Shown: positions 15,653-30,930 of the stretch, piece by piece
How positions within the stretch are numbered: position 1 is the stretch's first letter
How the letters are laid out: every line of letters begins with the position of its first letter
NCBI RefSeq assembly: GCF_009914755.1
Contig: NC_060947.1
Strand: one strand, 5' to 3'
DNA: 64,000 bases
Source: the human T2T-CHM13v2.0 reference genome, Homo sapiens
Made by a program: the position numbers and the translations under genes
Notes under the pieces: generated by a model
Database searches by the model: none
What the model was told of the DNA's origin: nothing
Seen by the model: only the letters and a program-made list of their open reading frames with translations

Positions 15653-16319
15653 TCTACTAATTAAAAATTCTTTAGAACAATGTCCTTTGGGATAGACAAA
15701 GCAGGTGATATTCTTTCCATCTTTAGACCAGTATTTTAAGTGTCCAAAAGACCAGTGATACTTCCAATTTCTGAATGGAATTGGAACTTGGGGCTTTTGA
15801 TTCTTAAGCCAGTTTTCATTAGCATCATACCATGTAGCTAACACACTTGCAGCCTAAGACAGAATGTCTTGAAGAGAAGAAAACCTAATAGAACCTACAA
15901 TATAATTAGGCCGATTTGGGAGGAGTATAGGAGGAGGCTGATTTCCTGTTATCTGGGAAGTGGCAATCTGAACTTTTAAACAGACAATTTTGAACTTTTT
16001 TGGTTTGAGGCGGAGATCAAGTTCAAGGCAGCTACCTTTTCGTTAAAAGAAACTGATGAGGTTTCATTATAAGCCTAGAGTAATGTTTGAAAGGGTAGAA
16101 GAGATGATAAAGAAGTAGTTCTATCTAAAGTTATTGAAAATTTTCAATGCTACAGAGATTCATTTTTATTACTTTGAAAGACAGATTATAAAGATCCAGG
16201 AGGGTATTAAGTAAAATGGGATAAATTAATAAAAATTATAATTCCCTATTAACCTAGGTTTTATATTAGTTTTTCGTTAAAACTGTTGCATTCCACTTTG
16301 CTGTTTTCTATTTTATTTT

Positions 16320-16622
16320 ATTATTGTTTTAAAATTGAGACAGGGTCTTGTTCTGTTGCCAAGGCTGGAGTGCAGCTGTGAACATGGCTCATTGCAGCCT
16401 CAACTTCCTGTGCCCAAGTGATCCTCCCATCTCAGCCTCCCAAGTAGGTGGGAACCACAGGTGCATGCCACCATGCCTGGCTAATTTAAAAAACAAAATT
16501 ATGTGCAGACAAGGTCCCACCATGTTGCCTAGGCTGGTCTCAAACTCCTGGACTCAAGTGATCCTCCTACCTTGGCCTCCCAAAGTGCTGGGATTTATAG
16601 GTGTGAGACACCATGCCCGGCC
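16320..16622 (-). mobile_element. AluJ
   Basis: Diverged Alu with AluJ-type gagacagggtcttg and aagtgatcctccc motifs. Confidence 0.88.
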
Positions 16623-16629
16623 ATCTATT

Positions 16630-16858
16630 TTAAAATATTTAAACTCAAGGCAAACTCTAGACAAAACAGAACTAAATCTGGAAGGAGCTATTATACCAGA
16701 AACAGAAGAAAATGTTACCAAAAATATCAAATTGATATTCTCAGAATTTAAGAAAACAATAGGTTTGTAAAATGAGAAGAAGCTATTACAGAGGGGACCA
16801 ATTAGGGGATAAGAGAAAGTCCTTGGACATTAGAAATGTTACTGCAAAACTAAAAACT
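16630..16858 (+). mobile_element. Ancient L1 ORF1/HAL1-like fragment, possibly resuming at ~18460-18520
   Basis: A-rich sequence resembling HAL1/L1ME ORF1; recognised by eye only. Confidence 0.4.
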
Positions 16859-17005
16859 GGACACAGGTCAGACAGTGCAGAGTTCACTGGGTTGCACATG
16901 GAACATAGTACTCATTCTCCTCCCTGCCCACTTCCACTGAAAAGGAATGCATCCCTCCCCAGATAATGGACCCAAATACCCACTTCCGGCCCTTTCCGCC
17001 ATTAG

Positions 17006-17629
<624 letters not shown>

Positions 17630-17753
17630 GCCAAGATGGGCCCCACAGCCACGGTGTGCCTTCCCTGGGTCAGGCCACCAGGCGGGGGCGTGCATGTTGC
17701 CCTTTCAGAACGTTCTCTTCAATTTTTTTCCTTTCAGTGTTACCATTATTGGC

Positions 17754-17783
17754 AATAAAGTTATCTGTTCTCAAAGCAATAAA
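17754..17783 (+). terminator. Two AATAAA poly(A) signals of the ferritin-like gene
   Basis: AATAAA at 17754-17759 and 17778-17783 after an FTH1-like 3' UTR. Confidence 0.75.
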
Positions 17784-17994
17784 GGTGTCCAGTTGATGCG
17801 TGCCTACAACACTCTCACCTTTTAGGAATCAGGGCACATCCCCATGCAGGCTTAAAGTAGGTATCCAGCAGTCTCTCCACCCAGTCCTGTCCCATCTGCA
17901 TGCAGCTCAGGATCTGTGGGGGTGGAGGGGAAAGGTATTCTATGGGCCCCTGGAAAACACATTAGTCTTCCCCTTATAAACTCTGAGGGCATGT

Positions 17995-18062
17995 GGGATA
18001 GGGTGGGGTGAGGTGGGGTAGGGTGGGGTGAGATGGGTGGGGTGGATGGCGTCAGGTGGGGT
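17995..18062 (+). repeat. (GGGGT)n-like G-rich tract, G-quadruplex-capable
   Basis: gggtggggtgaggtggggtagggtggggtgagatgggtggggtgg...ggtgggg contains more than four G3+ runs with short loops. Confidence 0.8.
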
Positions 18063-18268
18063 GTGCAGTCTTGGGCCATGGTATATGTGGGTGCATGTAC
18101 ATGGTACAGTGTAAAACAATGGTATGGAATTCATCCTAGTGGCTGCCTCTGGGGAAGAAGTGAAGGGAGTGGGATTGGGCAGGGATTAAAATAAAGGGGG
18201 TCTTCAACTTTTCATGAACACTTTTTTTTAAAATAAGCAAATGATAACTTTTCTTGTTTCTAGACAGC

Positions 18269-18457
18269 AAGATGGGGGCTCTGGATGACAGCAAGGCAGA
18301 GTACCTCTTTGGCAAGCTCACCCAGAGTGACAGTGATAATGGGACTGAGCCTTAGGTTGGCTTCCCCACAAATATGGGGGTGATTTCCTGCATATTGCCC
18401 TTACAAATCCTCTACTCCTGTTTTTATTCTTTCAATTGTGCCATTTCTTCCAATAAA
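18269..18457 (+). pseudogene. Second ferritin-H fragment: C-terminal codons, 3' UTR and AATAAA
   Basis: Reads KMGALDDSKAEYLFGKLTQSDSDNGTEP* (18269-18355) against FTH1 [26 protein letters not shown]; FTH1-like UTR (ttccccac...ggggtgatttcc...tgtgccatttcttcc) and AATAAA at 18452-18457. Not shown in the ORF track. Confidence 0.85.
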
Positions 18458-18569
18458 CTAATATGGAAAAAATATACCTCAGTAGAAGGACTGAAAAATA
18501 TAAGGTCAAAGTTGGAGGTCAAATTTGTGATATGAATAGAAAGTAGATTAAATACCCCCAACTGTTAAG

Positions 18570-19110
18570 CCAGTGACTGGCTGCTTTGAAGAATGTAGAG
18601 GGGTTGGGGAGAGTTGAAGGTGCAGAACAGGTAGAGCCATTGTAGCTGATCCAGATGAGAGCCTAGTGTGGCTTGAACTGTGGTAGTGGCTGAGGAAATG
18701 AAGATAGATTCACTAGTTCCAGATGGATTTTGGACAAGGTGACAAGTTTTGCTCATGGACAGAAGGTGAGGACTGGGAGATGGGGACAATAAGTTCTGGT
18801 GTTTGATCTTGAGCACCTGGGTTGATGGTGCTATTCTTAACCTCAGGACATTTGCAGTGGGGACACCTAGGGTAGAGGGCTGGGGAATACATGTCATGTG
18901 AAATCTTAGATCCTTATTAGGTATCCAAATGGAAACGTGAATCAAGTAGATGGAAAAATGAATGTCAGCTTTGGAAATATACGTAAGGGAGACATTATAG
19001 ATGGTATTGAAGTCATGTGATTGGATGAGCTCACCAGAAAAAGTGTAAGAGAGAGTTTGACAAATCTATCCCCAAGCTCAGGGCAGCTAACATTTAGGGT
19101 ATAGTTGAGA
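18570..19110 (-). mobile_element. L2 fragment
   Basis: Antisense L2 motifs (tccagatgagagcctagtgtggcttgaact; gaagtcatgtgattggatgagctcacc). Confidence 0.65.
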
Positions 19111-19899
19111 TGTTTGAACACCCAGAGAGTTTCTGTTCCCACCTGACCATTACCTTATTCCAGACCATGGCCCCCAGTGTCCACTCCTAGTGTATTTTCA
19201 AATCAGCTTGTCCTGATGTAAGTGTGACCTCTGGTTTCTCCTTTCTAGATGTGGAGAAGAGTTCTTTTGTCTTGTCTTATGGCTATGGATAGAATGAAAT
19301 TATTTCCTAGTAAGAAAAAGATTCCTTAGAGAAATGGTAGTGATGTAAGCCTACGTTTTTCTCCTCTCTCCTTTCACAACTTTGCCATATCTTTTGGCCT
19401 ATTCTCTACCTAAACAGATGAAATTAGTATGTAAACCTTAGATTATGCATGTTTCTGAAAAACTACTCAAAACATTTTGTTCCTTCAGTGCTACATGTAG
19501 ATTATTATATAAAAGATAAAAATTACAGGTTTTGTATACAGTATTCAAAGTTACATGTGTAGCTCGAGTCTTTTTAAAGCTAACTGGTTTGAACAGTAGT
19601 AAAATATGAACAAGTTTAGCTATGCAATCATTACCTTATTTCATAACTGTAACACTTTCTTAAAAATGAGGATTATGGTCATATAAGTTTCCAGAAGGTA
19701 TTCTTGCCCCTTTACTCTTCTAACTTGGTCCTCTCACTATTTCTTTATCTGCCTGATTTGAGGATCTCTCCCCTCTCTGACTTTGTCTCAGATCATATAT
19801 ATTTTTTCTCTCCTAGATATGAGGAAGAACAAAGCGAGCATCTTTTTGTGAGTGTTTACATTTTTAAAACCATCAGGTCACTGCGGATTCTTCTTACTT

Positions 19900-20145
19900 T
19901 CATACTTTGGAGAGAGTTTGCTACAGTGGTTTCTTAACTTCAGATTGCCTGGGTTCAAATCCCAGCTTAGCCATTCGTGTTGACTTGCACAAGTCATTAA
20001 ATTTTTTTGTGCCTCAGTTTCTTCATATATAAAATAGAGATCACAAAAGCATCAACCTCATTGGGTTGCTGAGATTAAATAAGTTAATATATGTAAATCA
20101 CTTACAGCAGTGCCTGGCATGGTGTAAGTACATTATGTGGTAGCT
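19900..20145 (+). mobile_element. MIR
   Basis: gcctgggttcaaatcccagctt...tgtgcctcagtttcttcat...cacttacagcagtgcctggcat. Confidence 0.85.
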
Positions 20146-20724
20146 ATGAGTTATCACCATAATCACCCTCATCACCCTCCACTCAATTCTAAGATCCTTT
20201 GTATTATTTACGCTTTGGGGGAAAGACTTCACTTGTATACATTAGCACTGTATTTCTACCCATCATGTCACCCTGCATACAGAGATGGGAAAACCCTTAG
20301 AAGCTGGTTTGGTTGTCAGGTGCCACCAGAACTCAGGAGGGTACATGGCTGTTTTTGCTGTCCCACACACAGGCTCAAGACTAGAGACAGGTTTTGTTGT
20401 GATAGCTTTCTGTGTAATCCCCCCCAATTCTATCTCAACCAGCTTTCCCTTGAATTCACCCCTAGAACACTGTGCTTGTTCTTCCCAAACCCAGGTTGCC
20501 TGAGCCTCCTATTTCCACCCTTAACTTCCTCCCACTCCTCAGAGATGGACAAGAGCAACAGGATGAAATCCTAACCCAGATCCCCACCTTCATCTGGATG
20601 TTTGGAGCTGAAAAGGAGAGGAATGGCTAGGCGGCGCTTGACAGGAGAATGAGAAAAAGGGAACACATTAGAGCCACTGATAACATAACTAAAATCGATA
20701 CATCATCATGAGCTTTGGCAAAGA

Positions 20725-21085
20725 GGCTCTCAAGCTTTGCTGCACATTCAAATCACCTGCAGAGGTTTTAAAAAATTTCAATGCCTAGATCAAATACATA
20801 AGCTTCTGAGGCAGGACCTAGGCATCCCAGACATTAAAAACCAGTGTTAGCATCTTACTGCTCAAAGTTGGTCTGGACCAAAGTATCAGTCTAAACTGAG
20901 AGCTCATTAGCAATGCAAAATCTCAAGCTCCACCCCAGAGCTACAGTATTAGAATCTGCATTTTAACAGGCTCCCAGGTGATGAGTGTGCACACTGAAGT
21001 TTGTGAAGCACTGCTTTAGCATCCTGGTTCTCTACCTAGCTGTACCTTGGGATAACCTGGGATACTGAAAAATAATACTGATGCT
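20725..21085. mobile_element. Cluster of MER5-type hAT MITE fragments
   Basis: ctctcaagctttgctgcacattcaaatcacctg; caatgcaaaatctcaagctccaccccagag...agaatctgcattttaacagg...agtttgtgaagcactg. Confidence 0.75.
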
Positions 21086-21304
21086 TGAACTTAAACAACT
21101 TACTCGATCATGCCCCCATGCACATACTGCACCAAACACCAAAAACTTACTGTAACTTCAACAACGATTATTGAATTGACAAATATCCGGAAAGACTTGG
21201 AAACTTTTTCTCATTTCTGTTTATGTTCCACACATATATAACATGTGCACACTTTTAATCATTGTTTTATAAATCATTTGGCAACCTATTTGTTTTTTCA
21301 CAAG

Positions 21305-21543
21305 CATGGGTTGGAAACAATATGGCCTAAAAGCATATGGCCTAGAAGCCAAATATAGCCCACCATCTGTTCTTGTAAATAAAGTTTAATTAGAACAGAT
21401 GCATGGCCGTTGATTTACGTATTGCCTGTTGCTGGATTCATGCTGCAAAGGTAGAGTTAGTATGTAAGACTAAGACTGTATGTCCTACAAAGTCTAAAAT
21501 ATTTACTATCTAGTTCTTAACAAAAAAATGTTTACCAATCCCA
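21305..21543. mobile_element. MER58A-type hAT MITE
   Basis: gggttggaaacaatatggcc...tgtaaataaagtttaattagaacag...aaatatttactatct...aaaatgtttaccaatccc. Confidence 0.75.
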
Positions 21544-22172
21544 TTGTATAGTAACTTATCACAGGCCCTGAATTTACCTAAAGCCACCAAATATTTTTAA
21601 ATGTGCAATTGTCTTTGTACCTCCAATATGGTCATTGCAGTTTGGTGCGTAATTTCCCTATCAAACACAATGTGTAGCAGAAATGAAAGCAATATACTGT
21701 ATTAATTTAACCTAAGATGATAATGATTTAATATAGCACCTCCATGTAAGAGGAGTATAGAAGATACTTTTGGTTACTTAGCCAACAGCCATTTTACTCC
21801 TTCATCCTTATTAAGGCAATACTGAATTTTTTGGGGGGTTGGTGAGTAACAATGTGTCCTATTCCTAGTAATAAATTGAAATTAGTCTACACAGGTTCCT
21901 AAACTTTGTCTGGATCTTTAACTGGCTGCTATCTCAACCTGTAATTCATAGCCAGGATTCTAGAATGGGTTACCTGTACCTGTTGACTTCCCAGAAATAA
22001 TGCATTTCTTTAAGTGTTAGAAGAAGTAATACATCCGTAATGTTCAGAAGTAAAATATATAAAATGATATGTGATGAACTTCCTCATGTCCCTGACTGCA
22101 GGCTCTCAAGTGTCTTTCATACCAGCCCCACTGAAAGATTACCTTCCTTAGGAGTTTTCCATATATCCTTTC

Positions 22173-23457
<1,285 letters not shown>

Positions 23458-23619
23458 TCACAGTATCCTGCAGCTTACGTTTCTCTCCTTAATGATATAA
23501 AAGAATGAGGTTTTAGCAGTCAATTTACATACTGGTCACTAGTGACATTCTGGGACTTGGGATTTCTCCTTTTGCTCATTACATCAGGACAGGTACCAAT
23601 CCTCCCACTTCTTTGGTTC

Positions 23620-24047
23620 TGTTACCAGTGTAGGGTCTTGACGAGTCATCCAGGTTCTTGATGTGTTGAGCAAAGAATTGGACAAAACACACAAACAAAG
23701 CAACAAAAGAACGAAGCAACGAAAGCATAGATTTATTGAAGCAAAAGTACGCTCCACACAGCAGGAGCTGAAGAAACAGGCGGCTAAAGAGCCCCAGTTG
23801 CAAAATCTTCTGGGGTTTAAGTACCCTTTAGAGGTTTCCTATTGGTTACACCCTGTGTAAATGAACACCTGACCTGTGAGCAGTCAGAGGCTGAAGTGAA
23901 GTTATACCCTATGCAAATGAAGACTTGTCCTGCAACCAATTGAAGGCTGAAGTGGAGTTACACCCTATGCAAATGAAGACTTGGCCTGTGACCAATCACA
24001 GGCTGAAGTGAAAGCTCCCTATCTCCAGACCCTATTCTCCTGCTTCA
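23620..24047 (-). mobile_element. ERV1 solo LTR (MER51-type)
   Basis: Minus strand starts TGAAGCAGGAGAATAGGGTCTGGAG and ends GGTAACA; 4-bp duplication GTTC (23616-23619, 24048-24051); internal repeats with ATGCAAAT and CCAAT. Confidence 0.85.
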
Positions 24048-24359
24048 GTTCTATTCAAGTGTCCTGAATCCAAACCATAACCATTTGCAAATAATTCCAT
24101 CTAAATTACTAGAATTTCCTTTATGTAACCTGTGTGCCACCTTACAAAATATAGTGCCCATAATTAATTGAAACAGCATGCCACCAACCTTTGGTCTTCA
24201 TCCCCCAGCCATATCATCTTCAACTGGTAGTAAATTGAATTGATGCTTATCATGCCCAGCATAATATTGTTTCCCAGTAACTTGTCCATCTTCTACTGAC
24301 AGTTTTCAAGATAATACCTTACTTTTTGACAAAAGAATACAAAACGTATCTTTTAAGAT

Positions 24360-24485
24360 ACTTTTTAAAGAGCTAGAGTCTCCCTATGTTTCCCAGGTTT
24401 GTCTCTAACTCCTGGGCTCAAGGGACCCTCACACCTCAGCCTCTGAAGTAGCTGAGGGTACAGGTTTGTGCTACCACACCTCCAC
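24360..24485 (-). mobile_element. Alu monomer (FLAM-type)
   Basis: gagtctccctatgtttcccagg...aactcctgggctcaaggga...cctcagcctc. Confidence 0.75.
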
Positions 24486-26551
24486 ATTATGTATCAGTTT
24501 AAAAATGATCTGTTTCTACTTTTTCATAGCTTAGATATACATGTTACTACCTTAGAGACAAAGAAATTGACCCAAAGATGTTCAGTGACTTGCAAGTCCA
24601 GCCATTTTCCCTAGAGTATCACTTTTGATAAGGAGTCTTAAAAAGTTGGACTACACTTGCTTGGATTTTCCAACTTGGGGGTATTTCTGCCTTCTACTCT
24701 CAACAAGGCAGCTTTTGGAGTTAGGATTGGTTTTTAGTCCCCCGTCTCCTAAGGTCCTTCCTCCCCTTTAATGTCATTCTCTTTCAAGGATAGGGAGAAG
24801 CTGTAGGAGAGCTGTATATAAATGCTGCTAGGCCCTCCTCATCAATACATACTCAATGGGAAAATCATCCACTTCCCAACTTTTTTATGTAGGTTCTGAC
24901 CTGATTGATCAGATTGCAAAACATGCCCCACTCTACTGTCTTTGCAATTATGAAAGCCTTGAGGTCAGGCCTTGAGTCACTCAAATTGTGTTCGTAAATG
25001 GCAGTGAGAACATTCAAAACAGAAAAAGCACACATTTTATAAAAGGGAAACAAATATTCTTTGTAAGAATCTTGCACCCAGTGCATTTTGTTCTAGCACT
25101 CAGCTCACAGGATGAAACGTCTACCTCTTGGGGCTCTTCCCTCTGAAATGGTTGTCGGACCTCTCTGGCAGCTCCAGATTGTGTTTATCACTTCTTTAAT
25201 TTTATCTTAGGCTAAAACCATAGAGTTCCTTTAATGACTCTTTTCTTCATTCACTCTTTTACATCATGCTTAAGATTGCTATAAAAGTATGATTCAATTA
25301 TGATAGTAATTCTTGTTTAGGCACATACATTTGTGCCACATTATTGCCAGCCACTAATGTTAAATCCTTCTAAAGCACTGCTCTACCAAGTTTTGAAATC
25401 ATTTGCTTATTCTAAGTATCTTTTTGCTGATTTCAAAAGAAAAAGAACTGTATAAATAGCTTACAGAAACATAATTTGAAATTACTTGTTTGAATGATAA
25501 TTATTAGAGCTGATTTCACATGAATTTTCTTCTGACCCTCTGGCCTAAAGGACATATCAGTCTCTTTTCCAAATAAATCTGTCATTGTGTTTTTATTCAG
25601 ATCATTGTTACCTTAATTGAAAGTATTTAATCTGTAAAATCAGGCAGCTTGCTTTTGACTACACATTGAAAATGATGGAAGATTGAATTTTAGGAAAATA
25701 GCCAAACTGGTTCTGAATTACTTATACATCAAGGCAGATTGCTTGTTGGTTTGCTCTGGTGCCAGATGTCTTGGATTGAAATCCCAGCTCCGATGTTCAG
25801 ATGTTAAATGACCTTGACTTTATCATTATGTAACCTCTCTGAGCCTCCCTTTCCTCATCTGCAAAGTGAGGATGATAACAGAGCCTACAGTATTTTATGT
25901 GTTAAAGATTAAGTTACTACCTGTAAAATTAAAATCTGGTTTACTAATTCAGTTTTTGCCTAAGCTTTGTTTTTATCCATTCAAAATAAATGCCCAATTA
26001 TTTCTCTGTAATTTTTTCCAAAGGGGAAAGAATTAGACTAAAAATTTTTTATTTCCCAGAATGCCAAAAAACAGAGAAATTGAATTATGCAAGCAAGCGT
26101 GCAAAAAACATTCATGTAGATTAATCTTTGGGTATTCCAAAGTAATGTAGACAATATAAAAGAGCTACATTTTATTGTGTTTTTCTAAGGTTAGCATCAT
26201 GTAATTATTTAAATCACATATATTTATTGGTATTTTTGGATAAATTGAAATAGAGTAAAAGGAAGTGGTGACCTGAGAGACTGGGAAGAGAGAGATTAAA
26301 GTCTCACCTGCAGATAAAGGAAAATTTACTATAGATCAGATACTTGATAAGTTTACTTTATTCTACTTGGTGCGGTTTGATTCCAAATTTGTAAAAGAGT
26401 CTGTTATTTTTTAGGAGTGCAACTGTGATTGGCAAGTGTACAGGAGAAAGAGATGTAAAGCAATTTTTTAAATGATGTAAACCAAAATGTTAGTACTGCT
26501 TACATCTTATGATGGAACTACAAGTGATTCGTTTTCATTTTTGCTGTTTTT

Positions 26552-26872
26552 GTTTTGTTTTGTTTTGTTTTGTTTTGTTTTGTTTTGTTGAGACAGAGTT
26601 TTGCTCTTGTTGCCCAGGCTGGAATGCAATGACGCAATCTCGGCTCACCCGCAACCTCCGCCTCCCAGTTTCAAGCAGTTCTCCTGCCTCAGCCTCCTGA
26701 GTAGCTGGGACTACAGGCATGCGCCACCACGCCCGGCTAATTTTGTATTTTTAGTACAGACAGGGTTTCTCCATGTTGGTCAGGCCGGTCTCGAACTCTC
26801 CACCTCAGGTGATCGCCTGCCTCAGCCTCCCAAAGTGCTGGGATTACAGGCATGAGCCACCGCACCCAGCCC
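26552..26872 (-). mobile_element. AluS with (GTTTT)n tail
   Basis: Full Alu; 16-bp duplication CATTTTTGCTGTTTTT at 26536-26551 and 26873-26888. Confidence 0.94.
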
Positions 26873-27789
26873 CATTTTTGCTGTTTTTACAGGAGTGAAA
26901 TTTTATATAATTCACTTTTTTCAATCCTAAAAGTGATAGTTATATAAAAAGTTAATGATGTGTAATTTTAGGAGCAAATTTATTGTGTAAAAAGTCTTCA
27001 TACATCTATATTTAATAGTTTTTACCTGTGAATATATATCCATATTAGTGAAGCCAATGAGTACTTTGACAATTTCAGCTTTTCGATATTATCCTGAGAT
27101 GAATGCTGTATCTAGACTCTACTTTTTCTTCTTTGGGCTTTTTTAAATATCGAATCTTGCATATTTTCATCTGGATTTTTAGGTGAAATTCATTGTGAAC
27201 CTGTACAGCCTTTAGTAAATCATACAATGTTTCTTATAACATGTCCAGTTCCTCTTAGAATTATAGAATGTTGGAGTAATAATGTACCTTAGAGACCTCA
27301 TTCAGGAGTCATTTTTATGACCACAGGGTTCTTTAAAAAGCTATATAACTAAGTGAAGTAAAATATATTACTATAAAACAAGCAGCTTTAGTGGCCATAG
27401 TATTAGTTTGGACCAAATTTGGTGTTTTATCTAAATTCCATGCCCTCATGGGACATCTGAGTTCAGAATTCCAGGTGTAATCCAACTCCCTCTATTTGTC
27501 CATTTGTTTAGTGAGCTAACTCCTCTCCCCAGCTCTTCTTTTTCCAATTTGCATTCCAAGGGCTCCCTCCCTTGATGCCAGATAATTAAATAATATGAAA
27601 TGGCAGACATTTCGAATCTTATCAGTGACCCATAATACCTGCAAATAAACATGATTGTAAGAAAAGCACTTTGATAAATGCAGTGAATAGCATTGCAATT
27701 GAGGGTGATCTTTGTATCAAAGTAAGGGATAGGTAATCAGTCATTTTGAAGCAGAGATTTGATTATAATATATAAAATTAATTATAATC

Positions 27790-27960
27790 ACTAATATGTA
27801 TTGAGTATTTATATGCCAGGGACTTAATTAGACATGTTATAAATGTTATCTCACTTAATGCACAGGCAGCCTGTAAGGTAGGTTTGTATTATACCATTTT
27901 ACAAGTGAGGAAACTGAGGCCTAAAGGAGTAACTTGACCAGGTTTCATAACTAGTAATTG
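27790..27960 (-). mobile_element. MIR
   Basis: ccattttacaagtgaggaaactgaggcct core. Confidence 0.8.
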
Positions 27961-28660
27961 GGTCAAGTTTCCTTTTTATCTTTTAAATACTTCTCCTACA
28001 TACGTTAAAGTCTTGAACTACTGGACTACTTTTCATTTGGGATTAAGGTCCAGGTTTAGAAGTAACCTAATGTAGCTTCTTCACCAGCCTGAGGTCTCTC
28101 CTAGGAACAATATATAATTTTGACCTTCAGTCAACATCTGTGTACTAAACTTTGGGGTTGGAGAGGGAGCTGAGGAGGAATGTCTGGTGGCAAGGAACCC
28201 CAAACAGAACCATTAGAAAACAAGGTGTTTCTGGAGTGTTTGAGTACTGAAAGACTACAACTGCCTAAACTTGTACATACTATTAATGATGATAGGGATC
28301 ATGTGATGAGAATCTTGTAGTTGGATATGGAGAGTGATGATATTTAACATATTTTAACAGTAAATTATTTGGTATAGTTAGTAAAGGGGAAAACCCTCAT
28401 TACTTATTTTTCCCTCTAAAGTATCATAGCTGAAAATATAAATAACTCCAAGTCTTTAAAAACACTCTTGGATTCTGACTGACCATTTTAGGGAGGATCC
28501 AGAAGGAGCACAGTTATGTATTTGTAATTTCTTGTCACATGGAAAATATAGACTTGTAGGTCCTTTGATTCAGCAAATTTGGTTTTGGGTTTTTGTTCAT
28601 TATGTTCATTGAACCCAGACATTTATTCATCTGGTATTTTCCATCTTTTATTCATACTGA

Positions 28661-29176
<516 letters not shown>

Positions 29177-30689
29177 AGCTGCAAACTTCTTTTTACTCTA
29201 ATCATTTTTAAAATACTAATGGAAGAACTTTCTAGCACTTTACCACTACATAAATGTTCATTGACTTATTTTATTGGACTCTTACCGCATACCACTTCAC
29301 ACTTGTTTTATTTTCTTTAGTTTTGTTTCTTGTTATAGAATCATTATCCATGCTCATTTTTGCTAGGGGAAATATATGAAGAGGGAAAACATACTAATGG
29401 GGGTCTTTCTGTGATGTGATGAGACATACATGTAAGTGTATATATGTGTGTATAGGCATATATACGTGTGTATGCATCAACACAGTATATGTAAAACTGT
29501 CTTAAAAATCCATTAACTTCTACCTAAATCACCTGGAAGGAGAGCATTACTCACCAAAATTGCAAAACAAGGGTATCAAGAATTTGTGTAATAGCCAGTG
29601 ACATGCTGTAGATTTTTGCAAACTGGATGTACTTAGCATGTTTTCTAATTCTGACTGGCTTTTGTTAACTTGATAATTCTTCATCTACCTTAAAAAGAAA
29701 AAAATTACACATAGTCATTCTTGATGTTATAAATAGAGAAAAAGTGTGTGTGAGCAATAATGCATAAGCTACTGATAACTTGCTTACAGCAGATAGCAAT
29801 AAGGTATTTGGTGGCATTCGGCTTGTTTTGTAATAGGGATTTTTTTTTTGGTTGACCACTCCCCCACACTTCCAAAATTAAACAGTGTTTTCTTAGCATC
29901 TTGAATATCTCCTGCGGTGTATATTAACATCTTGATGAGACAGATTTCCAGGCAACAAAATAATTTCTAAAATGGATATATGTGTGGATTAATGACAGGC
30001 AGTAAATACCCATTACTCCTTTACTCATAGCTGGTAAAATTATTCCCACTGTTTTATTGCCTTTTACTGTACGTTCTACACTCTGTCCTACTCCCACAGA
30101 ATTTTCAAGCCCTTAAGAGTTTAGTTAAAATAAAATTTTTGAAATTATTGTCTTAATATTTTTATATAGGCTGATGTCTTTGCCTCAAGATTGTTAGGAG
30201 GTAATTTTCCATTGAATTATCAACTGTGATTTTTATATTGCCCTCCAAGTGGTAGAAGAAGATTGCAAAGTCCATGTTATGCTAGGTGCACAATAAATCT
30301 AGTAATAGCCCCACACAGATCTCATCATTGTTGCTACTTCCTTTTGTATTTTCATCAGGTATTTTTTTAACTGTAGGGTTTTTACTTTTTTCTTGGAGCA
30401 GAGAGAACAGGCTGTAAATGGGTTGCCAACATAAGCTGGCTGAGAAATAAAAGAAAACAAGACAGTTGTTCATAAAGTTTCATTTTGTATGCACTGATGG
30501 CAAATTCATTAGGTCAGTTAAGGGAAATATTTGTACCACTTCCAAACTTTTCAGCGTTGGATAAAATGATTGATGAGGCAGGCAGAAGGAATGTAGGTTT
30601 CAGGTGTGTCATTTCCTGCTGCTTCCAGCTCCATCCCTACAGACTCCTCCCCGAGTCCTGCCCTGGAACCAAAGGAAGGAGGAACACTG

Positions 30690-30930
30690 AGGGGAATCCT
30701 GAAGTAGGAGTCAGATGACCTGAACTCAGATCTCCCTCTATCACATGCTTGCCACCACTGTACCTTGAGCAAGAATCATATCTGACCCTCAACCTCCTCA
30801 ACTCTAAAATGGGGATAACATCATTTGTCCTGCACTTCTCTAAGGGCTTTACAAGGATCAAATAAGATGGTGTGTATGTAAGAAATTTGTAAAATGTGAA
30901 GAGCTATCTACACTAAGTTCGTAATGTTAT
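30690..30930 (+). mobile_element. MIR within the 3' UTR
   Basis: taggagtcagatgacctgaactcagat...accttgagcaag...ctaaaatggggataaca. Confidence 0.75.

Noticed and set aside
16865-16890. CAGTGC upstream of the ferritin ATG as an iron-responsive element
   Set aside because: The flanks (tcaga / agagt) do not form the 5-bp stem and there is no bulged C.
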